A stretch of DNA of 64,000 bases from the NCBI GenBank assembly GCA_964016885.1, contig OZ024744.1:103416001-103480000 (forward strand), in the 5' to 3' direction. Shown here in pieces: positions 26,378-41,299 of the stretch. Under the pieces are notes generated by a model that saw only the letters and a program-made list of their open reading frames with translations, had not been told where the DNA came from and searched no databases. This DNA is from Eledone cirrhosa (taxonomy: Eukaryota). Each line of letters begins with the position of its first letter. Within the stretch, counting starts at the first letter, position 1. Made by a program: the position numbers and the translations under genes.

Positions 26378-29300
26378 CATCATCATCATCATCATCATCA
26401 TCGTTTAACGTCCATCTTCCATGCTTGCATGGGTTTGGACGGGAGTTTCCCCACTTGAGGCAAGAGTGGTTGTCTTGCTCGCATAGGACTGTCTGGCGGG
26501 TTTTGTACGGCTGGATGCCCTTCCTAACACCAACCACGTTTACAGTGTGGACTGGGAGGTTTTTACCGTGTTACCTACACGGCCACATTACAGCGTGGAC
26601 TGTGTGTATTTTAGTCGTGACACCTACACGACCTCATTTGTTTCAGACTGGATGTTGTGGTACCGACATAACTTTACATTGAAAGGGGTGGTGTGGATGA
26701 GGTGGGGGTAGTGGGACAGGGGTGTATTTTGTTAGAGCTGCCTACTGACTGTAGTAGGTTTCACTTTGTACTTAGGTAAGGCGGGTCTTCTCTATTACTG
26801 TATAGTGCCAAAGATCTCGGTCCAGTGACATTGTCTTGGAGAGGTGTAAGTGTGTGAGGTCGGAATTTATCAAGTCGTCCCAGGTTTTTCTGGGTCTGCC
26901 TACTCCGTGGCTACCATCTATTTTTATTGCCCTGCACTTTTTTATACAGCTGTCATCTTTCATGCACATCACATGACCATACCAACGTAGTCTTCTCTCG
27001 AGTAAACAACATCTGATCCCTCTTATTTCTAATTTCTCCCTTAGTTTGTTTATGCTTTGCCGTTCACGTATATTACTATTACACATCCAGTGGAGCATGC
27101 AAGCTTCGTTTCTCTCCAGTCTGCGTATATCCTCTGCTCACAATGCCCAGGTCTAACTGCCATGTAACATTGCTGTTCGTATGTAGGCATCATACAGCCT
27201 GCCTTTCATTTTTAGAGAGAACCCTTTAGCGGCTAATAGTGGTATAAACTCTCTGAACTTTTTCCATCCAGTTCTGACTCTAGCTACTGTACTTTCAGAG
27301 CACCCTCCACCACTGCTGATTTTGTCACCCAAGTAATGGAAGATGTCCACTATTTCTATAGAACCATCTGTGCAATGGAATGAGCTAGTATCCTGTGGGC
27401 ACTTGCTGCTACTTATTGCACCAGAGCACCGGCCACATATAAAATCTATGTTCTTAATTAGCTTACCTGTGATCCCACTACATCTTTTATGCACCCATAC
27501 TTTACATTTGGGACATAAATGGAGTTTCTACCTACTCCTTTCCTACACACTGAGCATGGCCATTTCCCGGATGGGATCGGTGCCCTATTTTCCTTCCTAC
27601 AAACTAGAACTTTAGTCTTAGACAGGTTAATTTTAAGGCCTTTTGATTCTAGGCCATGCTTCCATGTTTGGAATTTCTTCTCTAGTTCGGCCATTGATAC
27701 AGCTATGAGCGTTAGATCATCTGCGTATAGGAGTTCCCATGGGCAGCTGGTCTTGAACTCCACTGTTATAGCCTGAGGGGCAATAATAAATAGTAGGGGG
27801 TTAAGAACGGAGCCCTGATGAACACCAACTTTTACACTAAACTCTTCACTATATTCATTGTTAATTCTAACCTTGCTCACTGTTTCTTTATACATGGCTT
27901 GTATAGCTCTCACAAGCCATTCAATCAACACCTAGTTTTCTAAGAGCCCACCAGATAATGGAACGGGGGACTCTGTCGAAGGCTTTCTCCAAGTCGACAA
28001 AAGCTAAGTATAGGGGTTTACTTTTAGCTAGGTACTTCTCCTGTAGTTGTCGTACAATGAAAAGAGCGTCTGTGGTACTTTTACCTGACACAAACCAGAA
28101 CTGCATTTCATCTAGATCAATTCTCTCTCTAATTAGTTGCGCTATTACTTTTTCTGTGAACTTCATGACCTGGTCGATTAATTTAATGCCTCTATAGTTA
28201 CTCCTATCTAGGGCATCTCCTTTACCCTTGTAGCAGTTAATGATGATGCTGCTACGCCAGTCCTTCGGAACAACCCCATTCTGTATGACTTGGTTTACTA
28301 TCCAGGTGACCATGGTGTGTTCCACCGTTCCAGAAGCTTTCAGCATTTCAGCAACTATTTCCGAAGGCCCAGCCGCCTTACCCGTCTTCATATCTTTGAT
28401 TGCCTTACTTATTATACTACCTTCGACTAACACTGCTGGTCCCTCTATTGGATCGATGTGGGGGAGACTGTCTTTCTCCCATTTATTCTCCTCATTTAGT
28501 AGCCTTTCGTAGTGACACTTCCAAGCTACCTTCTTATCAGCGTCAGTGATGGCAAGTACACCATCATCATTAAGGACACACTTCTCCCCGACAATATCAC
28601 GGTTTTCCTTGACACATTGCCTAACAATCCTGAACACCTCACGTTTTTGGTCCTCGCATTGTAGAACATGCTTGAACTTTCTTTCCTCTGCTTTCCTTCT
28701 TGCGAAGTACACTTGTCTCCTAGCTTCCCTCCTGGCCACTTGAGTCTTCTCTACTTCCCCAATCCCACCATACTTTACAAGCCTGCTTTTTGGCCTTAAT
28801 TGACTCCTCCACCTTACTGTTCCACCACCATGTTACTCTCCTCCTGCCTATAGACCTGCTCCAGCCACAGACTTCGTCTGCCGCCATCAGCAGGTTTGCT
28901 TTCAGGAATTCCCACTGTTCCTCTATATTGTACAACTCTAAATGCTCTTCCTTACTGTCGAAAGCATCAAGTAATATGCTTTTAAATTTATTACTGGCTG
29001 TGGGGTCCTTTAGCTTCCATATTTTTCTCCTGAGGATAGTCCTCTTCTGTTGTTGAGTACGTCTCGTCCTGACTATGAGGTCGCTAATTATCAGTCTATG
29101 TTGGGAGGTGCATTCTTCATGGGGGAGGGATTTAGTGTTTACAACAGACACTCTGTCACATCTTCTGGTAAGGATATAATCTACCTGGCTGGTGTGTTCC
29201 CCTGATCTGTAGGTGATCAATTGATTGTCTCATTTTTTTAAGTTAGTGTTACAGATATTTAGGTTATTTGCGTCACAGAATTCCAGGATTCTGGAGCCTT

Positions 29301-30060
29301 CCTCATTTCTAGTACCAAACCCATAGCCTCCGTGGATTCCGTCATAGCCATCACAATGTTGTCCAACGTGACCATTTAGGTTGCCAGCAATAATTATATA
29401 GTCACTGTCGGTTATTTGGGAGGTAGTGAGCATCAGTGTCTCATAGAATCTGTCTTTTATAGCACCAGGCAGTCCAGATTGGAGTGCGTACGCAGATATT
29501 ACTGTCACAGTAGTTCTATTTAGAACAAGTCTTATTTTAATTATTCTGTCATTCACTCTATTTACGTCTATTATCTTATCCACCCATTTTTCTGCTAACA
29601 TGATTCCTACCCCACCCAGCCCATTGTCATTTCCCACCCAGAAAAGCTTATAGCATCGTTTTTTACCCACAATGAATCTAGCAGACCCGCCCCTCCACCT
29701 GGTCTCTTGGATACAGCAAACATCAACCTCCTTACGTTCAAGCATTTCTACAACGTCGTTAGAGCGGCCATTTAAGGTGCCTACATTCATGGTACAAACT
29801 CTGAAGTTTTGGATTGCGTTTGGTGGGTGGGGCGCAGGGAGGGGTGAGGGGGATGGGGTTGGAGTTATGTTGGCCATCCGTGGCCGAAACAAAGAGGAGG
29901 AGTCCTTGCCCTTTCGTCCGGCAGCATGAGGTGAATTTGTCGTTATCTTTGGCATTGTCTCCAAGTGTCCAGATTCTTCAGACTCTCCAGAAATTCCTTA
30001 GTCCATCCATCATATCGAAAAGCAACAAGAAGTGATAGCATAGGCCGTTGACTTATGATT
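26378..30060 (-). mobile_element. RTE-clade LINE, near full length, inactivated by frameshifts and stops
   Basis: APE motifs (TMNVGTL, CIQETRW); RT motifs (FVDLEKAFDRVP, GVHQGSVL, LLYADDL); Cys-rich CSVC..HKRC..CGRC insert; RLRWYGHV; (GAT)n tail at 26378-26403. 5' boundary approximate. Confidence 0.93.
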
Positions 30061-30317
30061 GGTCCAACTAATAATGGTGGAGAGTAGGGGTGGGCGGGAG
30101 GGGTATGGTGGAGAGTAGGGGTGGGTGGGAGGGGTATGGGGTAGTTAGCGAGGAGAAGATTATTTAGAACAGTCTGACAGAATTATAGAATAGCATTAAG
30201 AAGTAGGATTTTGTTTCTGGGCGATTATACAGATATATGGATGAATGAACCGAAGGGTGGGGAGACAAGAAGAAAATGGTATTTTTACATTACATTTCGT
30301 AGATATATATATATATA

Positions 30318-33300
30318 AAAATACGTATTTAAGAAAGCCACAACAATGCAAAGGGAAATCTCGAGGTAGGAAGTGAAATATAGATAGGAAAAACAGGTGA
30401 AAGTGAAAATTGAGAGAGACAGAGATGAAAGCAAAACAAAGGTAGAAGGGTTACCGTAGTAGAGATTTAATCCCAATATTTCGGGCTCACGCCCATCAAC
30501 GGGGGAAAAGTTCCAAAAGGGGGGAAAACAGGCCAAGCGGAGAAAGTTGTGATGTCGTTAAGACAGGAATGCCGTTATGGGGAGAAAAATATTTAAAATT
30601 TAAACGAGGGAAAGAATGCGCGTGCGCGTGATAGGCTGTGGCAAAAGCTACTGACCAAATGGGTTAAATCAAGAGGGTGCGTTAGCGTGTGAAAGCCGTA
30701 AGATATGTGTATGTAAATATATATGTGTGTGTAACTGTGTGTGTATAAGTGTAAGTGTGTATATGTGTGAGTGTGTGTGTGTGAAAGATAGTGGGCTGTA
30801 GAAGTTGGAAATCAAAGGGTGTGAAAGGTGGTAGGTTGTAAAATATGTGTGCGTGTATAAATATAGATGTGTGTGTCTAAGCGTATGGGTATACATGTGT
30901 GTGTAACTGTGTGTGTATATGTGTGAGTGCGTTTGTGTGTGAAAGATAGTGAGCTGTAGAAGCTGGAAATCAAAGGGTGTGAAAGGTGGTAGGTTGTAAA
31001 AACATGTGTGCGTGTATAAATATAGATGTGTGTGTGTATGCGTATGGGTATGCATATACGTGCGTGTGTGTGAAGATAGCAGGCCGTAGGCTGTGAATGG
31101 TCATTATGGTTAAGTTAGCCATGTCAGCTCATTTCTCTCAGCCCGGTTGTTAAGTGGGGGTCTGAGGTTCTTAATAACAAGTGCTTCCTTTATCCTTAAG
31201 GATCCGATGCTGCGTTCAGTCGCTAGGACTGTGACCAAGGGTCTACCCTGTGAGTTTCCGCATTTAAGGATATGTTTACGGAAGGAAGATGCGTTGGTGT
31301 TGATATGTTCCTTGATACGAACATGTAGGGGTCGGATGGTGCTACCTATGTAAAACTTATTACATTTATCGCATTGAATCTTATATACGACATAGGTGCG
31401 TAGGCAATCTGCCCCCCGTATCGGGCAGTTGCTGAGGGAACACGTCCCATCTGCCTCGTAGGGTTTGTTGGAGAGGCATCTTCGCAGCGAAGGTCCTGTG
31501 TGGGCCAAATGTATGTCAAGTCCCTCCGTCCGTATGGCCCTGCGGATGGCGTTCGTGGTATATTCACTCAGGTGGGGGATTTTAAAGAAGCACCTGCTAA
31601 TATTAGGTTTTCTAGTGGGTGTCAGTCTACTGGGTCTGGGGTCTCTAATTCCGTTAATCAGTCGCTTGGGATAACCATTAGATCTGAGTAGATTACGGAA
31701 TTGTGTGGTATGGGTGAGACCACCCATCGGGTCGCTGCATCTGTTAGTGCTCCGTGTCAGTTCATTTAGGACATAGCCTCTCTTAGCGTTGTTGGGGAGG
31801 GCTGAGTTATAATGCACAAATAAGTCCTTGCACGCTGCTTTGCGGTAGAAGGTGGTGTTTATGTCTCCCTCTTCCGAGATGTTGATACGGAAGTCGAGGA
31901 GGGCGAGTGACCCGTCTTCTCCTGGGTGTTCGATGGTGAAATCGATGTGCTGGTCAGTATCGTTGAAGATTTGGTGAATTTCATTCGCCATCTCCCGGGA
32001 AGAAGTAAGTATCAGGATATCATCAACGTATCTGGAGTAGAAGGCGACGGCGTTGGGTTGGCAGGTATTGAGTGCCTTGCGTTCCAGGTGGTCCATGTAC
32101 GAGATCGCAAGTATGCCGGACAGACTAGAGCCCATATGTAGCCCAGAGATTTGTTTGTACGTGTGGCCGAGGAAATTGAAGAGTGCATTATCCACAACGA
32201 AGGAGAGGAGTTGGTGGATGTCCGTGTGTGTGAGTCCGAAGCAGTGTAAGTTAGATGCTCGGACTCGTTCGGTCAACAGGTCGACAGCTGGGGATGCTGG
32301 TACGGAGGTATAAAGGGCGACCACATCAAGACTGAAGGCATAACCGTTGTCCTTTCTGGTGTTGGGCGCCAGATGGTGTAGTCGTTCCAAGACTTCCTTT
32401 GAGCTGCAGACGTGGGCTGGTAGTGTGTGTAGAATAGGTTTCAGTAGTGTGGAGAGCAGCCACGATATTTTGTAGAGTGGGCCCTCCACGCTAGAGACAA
32501 TGGGCCTGATTTTCAAATCGGGTCCTTGTTTATGTGTTTTGACCAGTTGGTAGAAGGTGGGTAATTTGCTGTTTCGAGTCATTATGTTGTTTTTTACCTT
32601 CTTTGGCAGTTTTCGTTGGACACAGATGTTAGTCCATATGGTGTTAATGCCTTCCTCGATTAGAGTTGAGGAGGTCCCTGTGACTTTCGAGTAGAGGCTG
32701 TGGTCATTAAGATGTTGGAGAGCTAAGTTGTTGTAGGTCTCTCTCGAGATGACACAGAATTCTTTCCCCTAGTCAGAGGGAAGGTACACAAGGTTCCTGG
32801 ATCTTAGGTTGGTGAGAGTATTAAATTGTGCATTGGTGAGGTTGCGTTTATTGTGTGTGTGTGTGTGTTGGGAAAGGATGTTAGAGATAGAATGTTTCAA
32901 CCTGAGTAGTTTAGTGTCAAGTTCGTGGTTGGTGGGTGGGGGATGGAGTGGGTTGTCGAGGTGATACGTGGGGAGTGTGGGTGGGTTGTGGGGTTGTAAT
33001 CGATCTCGGTGTTGTTTTGGATGGCGGTTAGCCATTTCAGTTGATAAGCTGTCCGACAGAAGTTGGTTTCGATGTCGAGTTTCAGTCTATCATCGAGACG
33101 CTGTGTAATGATGAACTTGGGTCCGAGGCGCAGAAGTTCGAGTTCGTCGTTGGTGAGGGTACCGGTTAAGTCGGTAACGAGGTGTGAAGCATCGTTGGTA
33201 GGTAGATCGATGTTGGGGGGTGTAGCGGAGGGTGTTGTATAGCTGTTGCCCCTGGTGTGGTTGTAGTCGGTCCGTCTGTGGGAGCGGATGTTGTCAATGT

Positions 33301-35142
33301 AGTATTTGTTTACAGTCCATTCGTATTTCCGTATAAGGCGCTGTTTATCAAATTTGACTCTGGTGTGGTAACACTGATCTATAGCTTTGCGTATATCCTG
33401 GACTTGGTGGTCAGGGGTGAGGGTTGGAGTTATACGATCTAAGTGCTCAGAAAGCGTTTGTATATGGAGTCGCAGTTGGTGGTGGTTGTGTCGTAGTATT
33501 TTCTTGATAAACGTGCGTTGAATGTGGCGGATGGTGTTTTCGAAGGATGGTGATCGTAAACATTCGGGTAGATGTATATTCCTGATGGTGGTTGGAATGA
33601 TGTTGTTCTTTAGGCAGACTTACTTCTTCCCGGGAGATGGCGAATGAAATTCACCAAATCTTCAACGATACTGACCAGCACATCGATTTCACCATCGAAC
33701 ACCCAGGAGAAGACGGGTCACTCGCCCTCCTCGACTTCCGTATCAACATCTCGGAAGAGGGAGACATAAACACCACCTTCTACCGCAAAGCAGCGTGCAA
33801 GGACTTATTTGTGCATTATAACTCAGCCCTCCCCAACAACGCTAAGAGAGGCTATGTCCTAAATGAACTGACACGGAGCACTAACAGATGCAGCGACCCG
33901 ATGGGTGGTCTCACCCATACCACACAATTCCGTAATCTACTCAGATCTAATGGTTATCCCAAGCGACTGATTAACGGAATTAGAGACCCCAGACCCAGTA
34001 GACTGACACCCACTAGAAAACCTAATATTAGCAGGTGCTTCTTTAAAATCCCCCACCTGAGTGAATATACCACGAACGCCATCCGCAGGGCCATACGGAC
34101 GGAGGGACTTGACATACATTTGGCCCACACAGGACCTTCGCTGCGAAGATGCCTCTCCAACAAACCCTACGAGGCAGATGGGACGTGTTCCCTCAGCAAC
34201 TGCCCGATACGGGGGACAGATTGCCTACGCACCTATGTCGTATATAAGATTCAATGCGATAAATGTAATAAGTTTTACATAGGTAGCACCATCCGACCCC
34301 TACATGTTCGTATCAAGGAACATATCAACACCAACGCATCTTCCTTCCGTAAACATATCCTTAAATGCGGAAACCCACAGGGTAGACCCTTGGTCACAGT
34401 CCTAGCGACTGAACGCAGCATCGGATCCTTAAGGATAAAGGAAGCACTTGTTATTAAGAACCTCAGACCCCCACTTAACAACCGGGCTGAGAGAAATGAG
34501 CTGACATGGCTAACTTAACCATAATGACCATTCACAGCCTACGGCCTGCTATCTTCACACACACGCACGTATATGCATACCCATACGCATACACACACAC
34601 ATCTATATTTATACACGCACCTACCACCTTTCACACCCTTTGAGTTCCAACTTCTACAGCCCACTATCTTTCACACACACACACACACTCACACATATAC
34701 ACACTTACACTTATACACACACAGTTACACACACATATATATTTACATACACATATCTTACGGCTTTCACACGCTAACGCACCTTCTTGATTTAACCCAT
34801 TTGGTCAGTAGCTTTTGCCACAGCCTATCACGCGCACGCGCATTCTTTCCCTCGTTTAAATTTTAAATATTTTTCTCCCCATAACGGCATTCCTGTCTTA
34901 ACGACATCACAACTTTCTCCGCTTGGCCTGTTTTCCCCCCCTTTTGGAACTTTTCCCCCGTTGATGGGCGTGAGGCCGAAATATTGGGATTAAATCTCTA
35001 CTACGGTAACGCTTCTACCTTTGTTTTGCTTTCATCTCTGTCTCTCTCAATTTTCACTTTCACCTGTTTTTCCTATCTATATTTCACTTCCTACCTCGAG
35101 ATTTCCCTTTGCATTGTTGTGGCTTTCTTAAATACGTATTTT
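30318..35142 (-). mobile_element. Penelope-like element (RT + GIY-YIG) with inverted duplication of its 3' part (33618-35142, + strand)
   Basis: Minus strand has LLRLGPKF, RT motifs SLDVVALYTSVP, GLHMGSSLS, YVDDI, and GIY-YIG VVYKIQC..C...YIGST.R.L..RIKEH. 33618-35142 is the near-identical reverse complement of 30318-32010; TA tracts on both sides. Confidence 0.93.
31110..32582 (-). pseudogene. Penelope-like RT/GIY-YIG ORF (490 aa); N-terminal part disrupted
   Basis: ORF track motifs as above; upstream PSD*G stop near 32770 replaces the P(A/S)DKG motif. Confidence 0.85.
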
Positions 35143-35180
35143 ACACATTTCACAATGCTTCAAGCAAACTTTAACACCCT

Positions 35181-36729
<1,549 letters not shown>

Positions 36730-36895
36730 TGTATATATATATATATATAAATAAAATTAAAAATATATATATATATATACATATGTCTCATATACATTTG
36801 TTGATACACACACATTTCACATATACAAACACAACCTTACAATGTACTATGTTAATATAATAATATATACACAGCATGTTTAAACTATAACTGAC

Positions 36896-36955
36896 CTCTA
36901 TCTTGGGAACTACAGTCACATGTAGACCAATCAGAATCATATATGACGCCAAAGT
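36896..36955 (-). CDS. Micro-exon 7 (60 nt, phase 1-1); peptide (D)FGVIYDSDWSTCDCSSQDR
   Basis: tatatttcag|ACTTTGGCGT...CAAGATAGAG|gtcagt; 50/60 identical to exon 9; no stop. Confidence 0.75.
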
Positions 36956-36959
36956 CTGA

Positions 36960-37575
36960 AATATATATATGAGTGTTTATGTATGTATATGAACATCATC
37001 ATCATCATCATTATGGTCATAATCTTCATTAAAGTCACCACCATTTTAGTCAACCTCATCATCATCATCATCACCACCCTCCTCATCACTATCATCACTT
37101 TCATCTTCCTCCTCATTATCACCACTAATATCACCATCATAATCACCATCATCACTCATTATCACCATCATCACCACCATTTAACATCTCTTTTACCTGC
37201 CAACAGGGTGTGGACTGGTTATTAAAGACCAAGTCCATACTGAAGTGGTGTTTATGATATCTCAGTTGGCTGGGTGACAACATCTCACATACAAACATAT
37301 GTTTCTGCCCTTTATCAAGTACCTGATATTTTGGGACCAACACTAGGTAGATTGTCATGTTTATGACATAGCTGAAGAAACCTACCAACCCTTTTCTTGG
37401 TATGTTCTCTATGACCAGATACTCCTCCTATCACTTTACAGAAGAATGTTTATGACATAGAAGAATGTAGTAGGTGTGTATATCACCAACACTAGGTAGG
37501 TTATCATGTTTATGACACAGGAGTAGTCACAATAGTTTATTTGGTAAGCTTTCTATGTCTACATGTAATTACTAT
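36960..37575. repeat. Duplicated intron module (paralog of 25320-26120) with one 60-bp satellite monomer at about 37448-37518
   Basis: Near-identical to 25698-26115; contains gtttatgacatagaagaatgtagtaggtgtgtatatcaccaacactaggtaggttatcat once. Confidence 0.9.
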
Positions 37576-37869
37576 CCTCAACCACATCACAGGGTGTAGT
37601 CATCAGATTTATCATTTACATCACTAACATTAGATTGGTTATCATGTTAATGACACAACTAAAGATTCTACAAAAGCCTTTTGTGGCATTGTTTCTACTG
37701 TGGTATGTCCTTCCCATAGCAAACCACCCTTCAGGGTGTATTTGTTGCATTTATTGTTGCATGCTAGTATGGAAAATTGGATGTTAAACAGTGATGAAGA
37801 TGATGATGTATAAGTAAAGTGTGTTGGTGTGTTATATAAAAATTAGAAAGGTTCTTTCATACAACTTAC

Positions 37870-37911
37870 CCAATTCAGCTTCTGAACGATCAGTGTACGA
37901 TATATTGTCAC
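37870..37911 (-). CDS. Micro-exon 6 (42 nt, phase 1-1); peptide (G)DNISYTDRSEAEL
   Basis: cctttttattccag|GTGACAAT...GAATTGG|gtaagt; strong acceptor and donor; multiple of 3; no stop. No paralogous flank seen, so lower confidence. Confidence 0.6.
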
Positions 37912-38484
37912 CTGGAATAAAAAGGTCCCAAAACGAAGAAATTAATATTAGATCTACAATGTATATATATATATTATATTAGCAGGCATATATGGTGTTC
38001 TGGGTATTGTAATCAAATATCTTAAGTAAATATTGTGTGATTCTAGAGAGAATTGACTGCTATTTCTAGCATGCATACTTTCCAGGCATGTCTAACATTG
38101 ACATCATATAGATGTATGGTCCTTAAAAGGGAGATTTTGTGTTTGTAAATCACCAAGAGAGAAATAGTAACCAACATTCCCTCAAATCCCACACCAATCT
38201 TCTGCATATGTATCTATGTATGTGTGTATATATGTATGTATGCATATATGTATGTTCATCTGGTTTTACAATTTCACAAAGTTTTACCAATAGAGAGAGA
38301 GTCGGTTTCTAACATAGACACAAGACTCTCTCATTGGAATTTACACAACATCAACTAGGTAGATATGTATGTACGCATGCATGTGTAGATATGGATGTTA
38401 CTGTATGTGTGGATGTGGATGTTTTGAGTTGTATGTCTGCATATGTATATGCTTTGTATCCGTACATGTGTATATGCAGTTATT

Positions 38485-39378
38485 AGATGCAGAATTTTGA
38501 GAATGTTTTACATATTTTTACTGTTCCATTAATGGATTGTATTTGTAATTTCCTAACTAGTTGTGTTCTTTCTGTTCCTGTGAAGCCTAGCTTCTCAAGA
38601 TTTGTATTGAGGCAGTTACTAACATACCCCAGTGCTCCATTAATCACAGGCATAGGTATAGTCAGGGTGGAGTATCTGCAGATTTCTCATTAGTTCTGCA
38701 TAAATATTCTCCTTTTTGCTAATCTTTGATATTATATTGGCAGCTAACTTCCACTACTGTGCATGCCTTCTTTTCTGGCTGTTATGCCTGCACTGGAACA
38801 TTCTACCAGTACTCTTTCATATTATGTATATGGATGTCTTCCACATTGCAGTAAATTTTTAAGTGTTTATTACCAGGGCTATCTTTTCTACGGATTGCAT
38901 TGTACAGTGTTTTGGCCACTACATCATGCCTCATAGGTAGATAGTACCGCGATGACATCTTTGGACAGTTGCTGATGACATAGGTGATATCCTCAATGTT
39001 AGTTCTGCAGAGTCTGCACTTGTTATCACATCTAGGTGTTTTACCTGCATCCCTATTTCTTTTGTGAATCAGGTATTTCGTGTTAATCTCCTGTTCTTGG
39101 ATAGCAAAGGTGTATCCTTCAAAGTGGGAGCCAATATAGCGGTTGTTGGTCCAAGATAGACTACTTTCCTTATCTATATTACTTTCACTCTGGAGCTTCC
39201 TGGCAACATATCCATGCATGATTTTTTGCTGATAAGCATGCAGTTTTTCCTCCATGGATTCACTGCCGTATTGCTGAGCAGCTTCCCTGGGTGTCAGTTT
39301 TTTTATTATCACACAGAGAATATCTTTCAAAGAGTTCCTTCCCAACTCTCATGATTTTATCTGTCTCATGCAGGTAGA
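38485..39378 (-). mobile_element. R4/Dong-like non-LTR retrotransposon 3' fragment (CCHC knuckle, decayed restriction-like endonuclease)
   Basis: EGYTFAIQEQEI..., CRLCRTNIEDITYVISNC, YYLPMRHDVVA; lies in (TATG)n tracts. Confidence 0.8.
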
Positions 39379-39399
39379 CTATGTATGTATGTGTCTCTT

Positions 39400-41262
39400 T
39401 CTCTTAATTTCGAGTATATTTTTTTGACCGGCCACCTTCCTGGTGGCAAGGTTGTAAAAGAAAAGAAATTGTCATCCCTTGAATCGCAAGAATGTTTTGC
39501 AAATTTTGAAGGTGCCAGCTATCGCAGCCATTTGTAGACTATGAATTAGAGAACTGCGCTTTTTGTCCGCAAATCCAAGTTCAGTCATACTTTGGTCCAA
39601 GCGGGTTGGTATATACTCGTAGCTCCAATAATGATGGGTATGAAGCTAAAGGTGTATCTTGGATACTGGATTTGTAAACTCCTCATCAATGGTCCGTAGA
39701 TGTCCTCCTTCTCCTGTATTTTTCTGACAACGTTTACATCAAGTGGGCAGTTGATCTCCACAACAGAACACGTTTTCAATGTGTGGTCCCAAACAACAAT
39801 ATCAGGCCGGTTGTGCTTTAATTTGGTGGCAGTTTTTATTTTCAGGTTCCACCAGTATTCCTTAGTGCCATCTGTCTCAATATATTCTTCCTCGTTTGTT
39901 GTTAATTTTGTTTCCCGAAGTGCGTTCCAGATGGTTCTAGCTATCCCATCATGTCTCATGGGGAGGTAGTAGCGAGATGACATTCTTTCGCAGCTGGCAA
40001 CAATGTGGCTTACATCCTCGATCTTTGTTTTACATAGCCTACATTTATTGTCAGCTGCTGGCCCTCCCCTTTTGTGCAGCAGATATTTGGTAGGGAGTTC
40101 TTGTTCCTGTATTGCATAGAGATATCCCTCAAGGTGTGATGTCATAAACTTGTCGGAACTCCATGCCAGGCTTTTTGAGTGGTTTATCCCCTCTATGGTC
40201 TGTGTTTTAAATCTCAAGTATCCATGCACAACTTTTTCTGTAAATTGGTCAATTTTTTCATCTTGTTTGTACATTGAATAGGATCTTCTGATTTCTCTGG
40301 GTGAGAGATTTATATCAGGCTTTATTCCAGATCTCTCCTCCAGATCAGTCGCTATTCTAACGATATTTTTTTTTCATGCCCATAAACCTGGGCAAGATGG
40401 TTGCCAACCTTTTTCCTCTGTTGAAGGTGTTGCTTCAGTGTTACAATCCGGGTCTCATATGTTGTTAATATGGATTTTAGACCCTGGCCACCTTCCTTGC
40501 ATGAGAAGTATAGCCTATCCACATCACCATTGATGTTAAAGTTCCCAGTAACACTGAGAAGTTTGCGAGTTCTAACATCCATCTCACTTAGTTCTTGCAA
40601 TGACCAGTTCAGCAGGCCAAATGTTGGCGTTAGAATTGGCACAGCATAAGTATTGTGGGCAATGTATTTGTTGTATGCTGACAGTTTTGATGACCATATT
40701 TTCTTTACTCTTCTGAGGTATTCAGTTCTGGTTCTCTCCTTATTTATGGGTCCATCATATCTGACATTCTCATCCTGTTCAAGATATCTGTAGTTGTCAC
40801 CTAACTGTAGAGGTTGTATTGTCAGGCCGTTCATTTCTAGATTTCTAGAGGAGGGCACAGCTCTTCCACGTTTTACTGCCAAATATGCACACTTGGACTC
40901 ACCAAATTTCATTTTGATGTCTGTTGAAAATTGTGTAATGAGGTCCAATTGTTTCTTGATGTCATTGATATTTGGCCCATACGACTTCAGGTCATCAACA
41001 AAGAAAAGATGGAAGATACTTCTGGACCCACTTCTTTGTCCACCTTGTTTCCTGAGTAGGTAAGATAGTGGATTTAGTGAGAGAACGAAGAGTAGCACTG
41101 ACAAGCAATCACCCTGAAAGATGCCCTTCTGGTAATGTGTCTTATCAGTCTTAACTTGCTCCTTCTCACCTCTAAGGATCAAATTGGTGTACTAGTTCTT
41201 GGTCAGACGTTCAACAGCAGCTACCAATGGTTGTGGGACTTTGGCTAACTGTAAAGCCTTAA
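39400..41262 (-). mobile_element. Second R4/Dong-like non-LTR element, 5'-truncated (RT, CCHC, RLE)
   Basis: GIFQGDCLSVLLF, FFVDDLK, CRLC..EDVSHIVASC, RPDIVVWD...VVEI; bounded by (TATG)n. Confidence 0.87.
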
Positions 41263-41299
41263 TATGTATGTATGTATGTATATATGTATGCATGTATGT

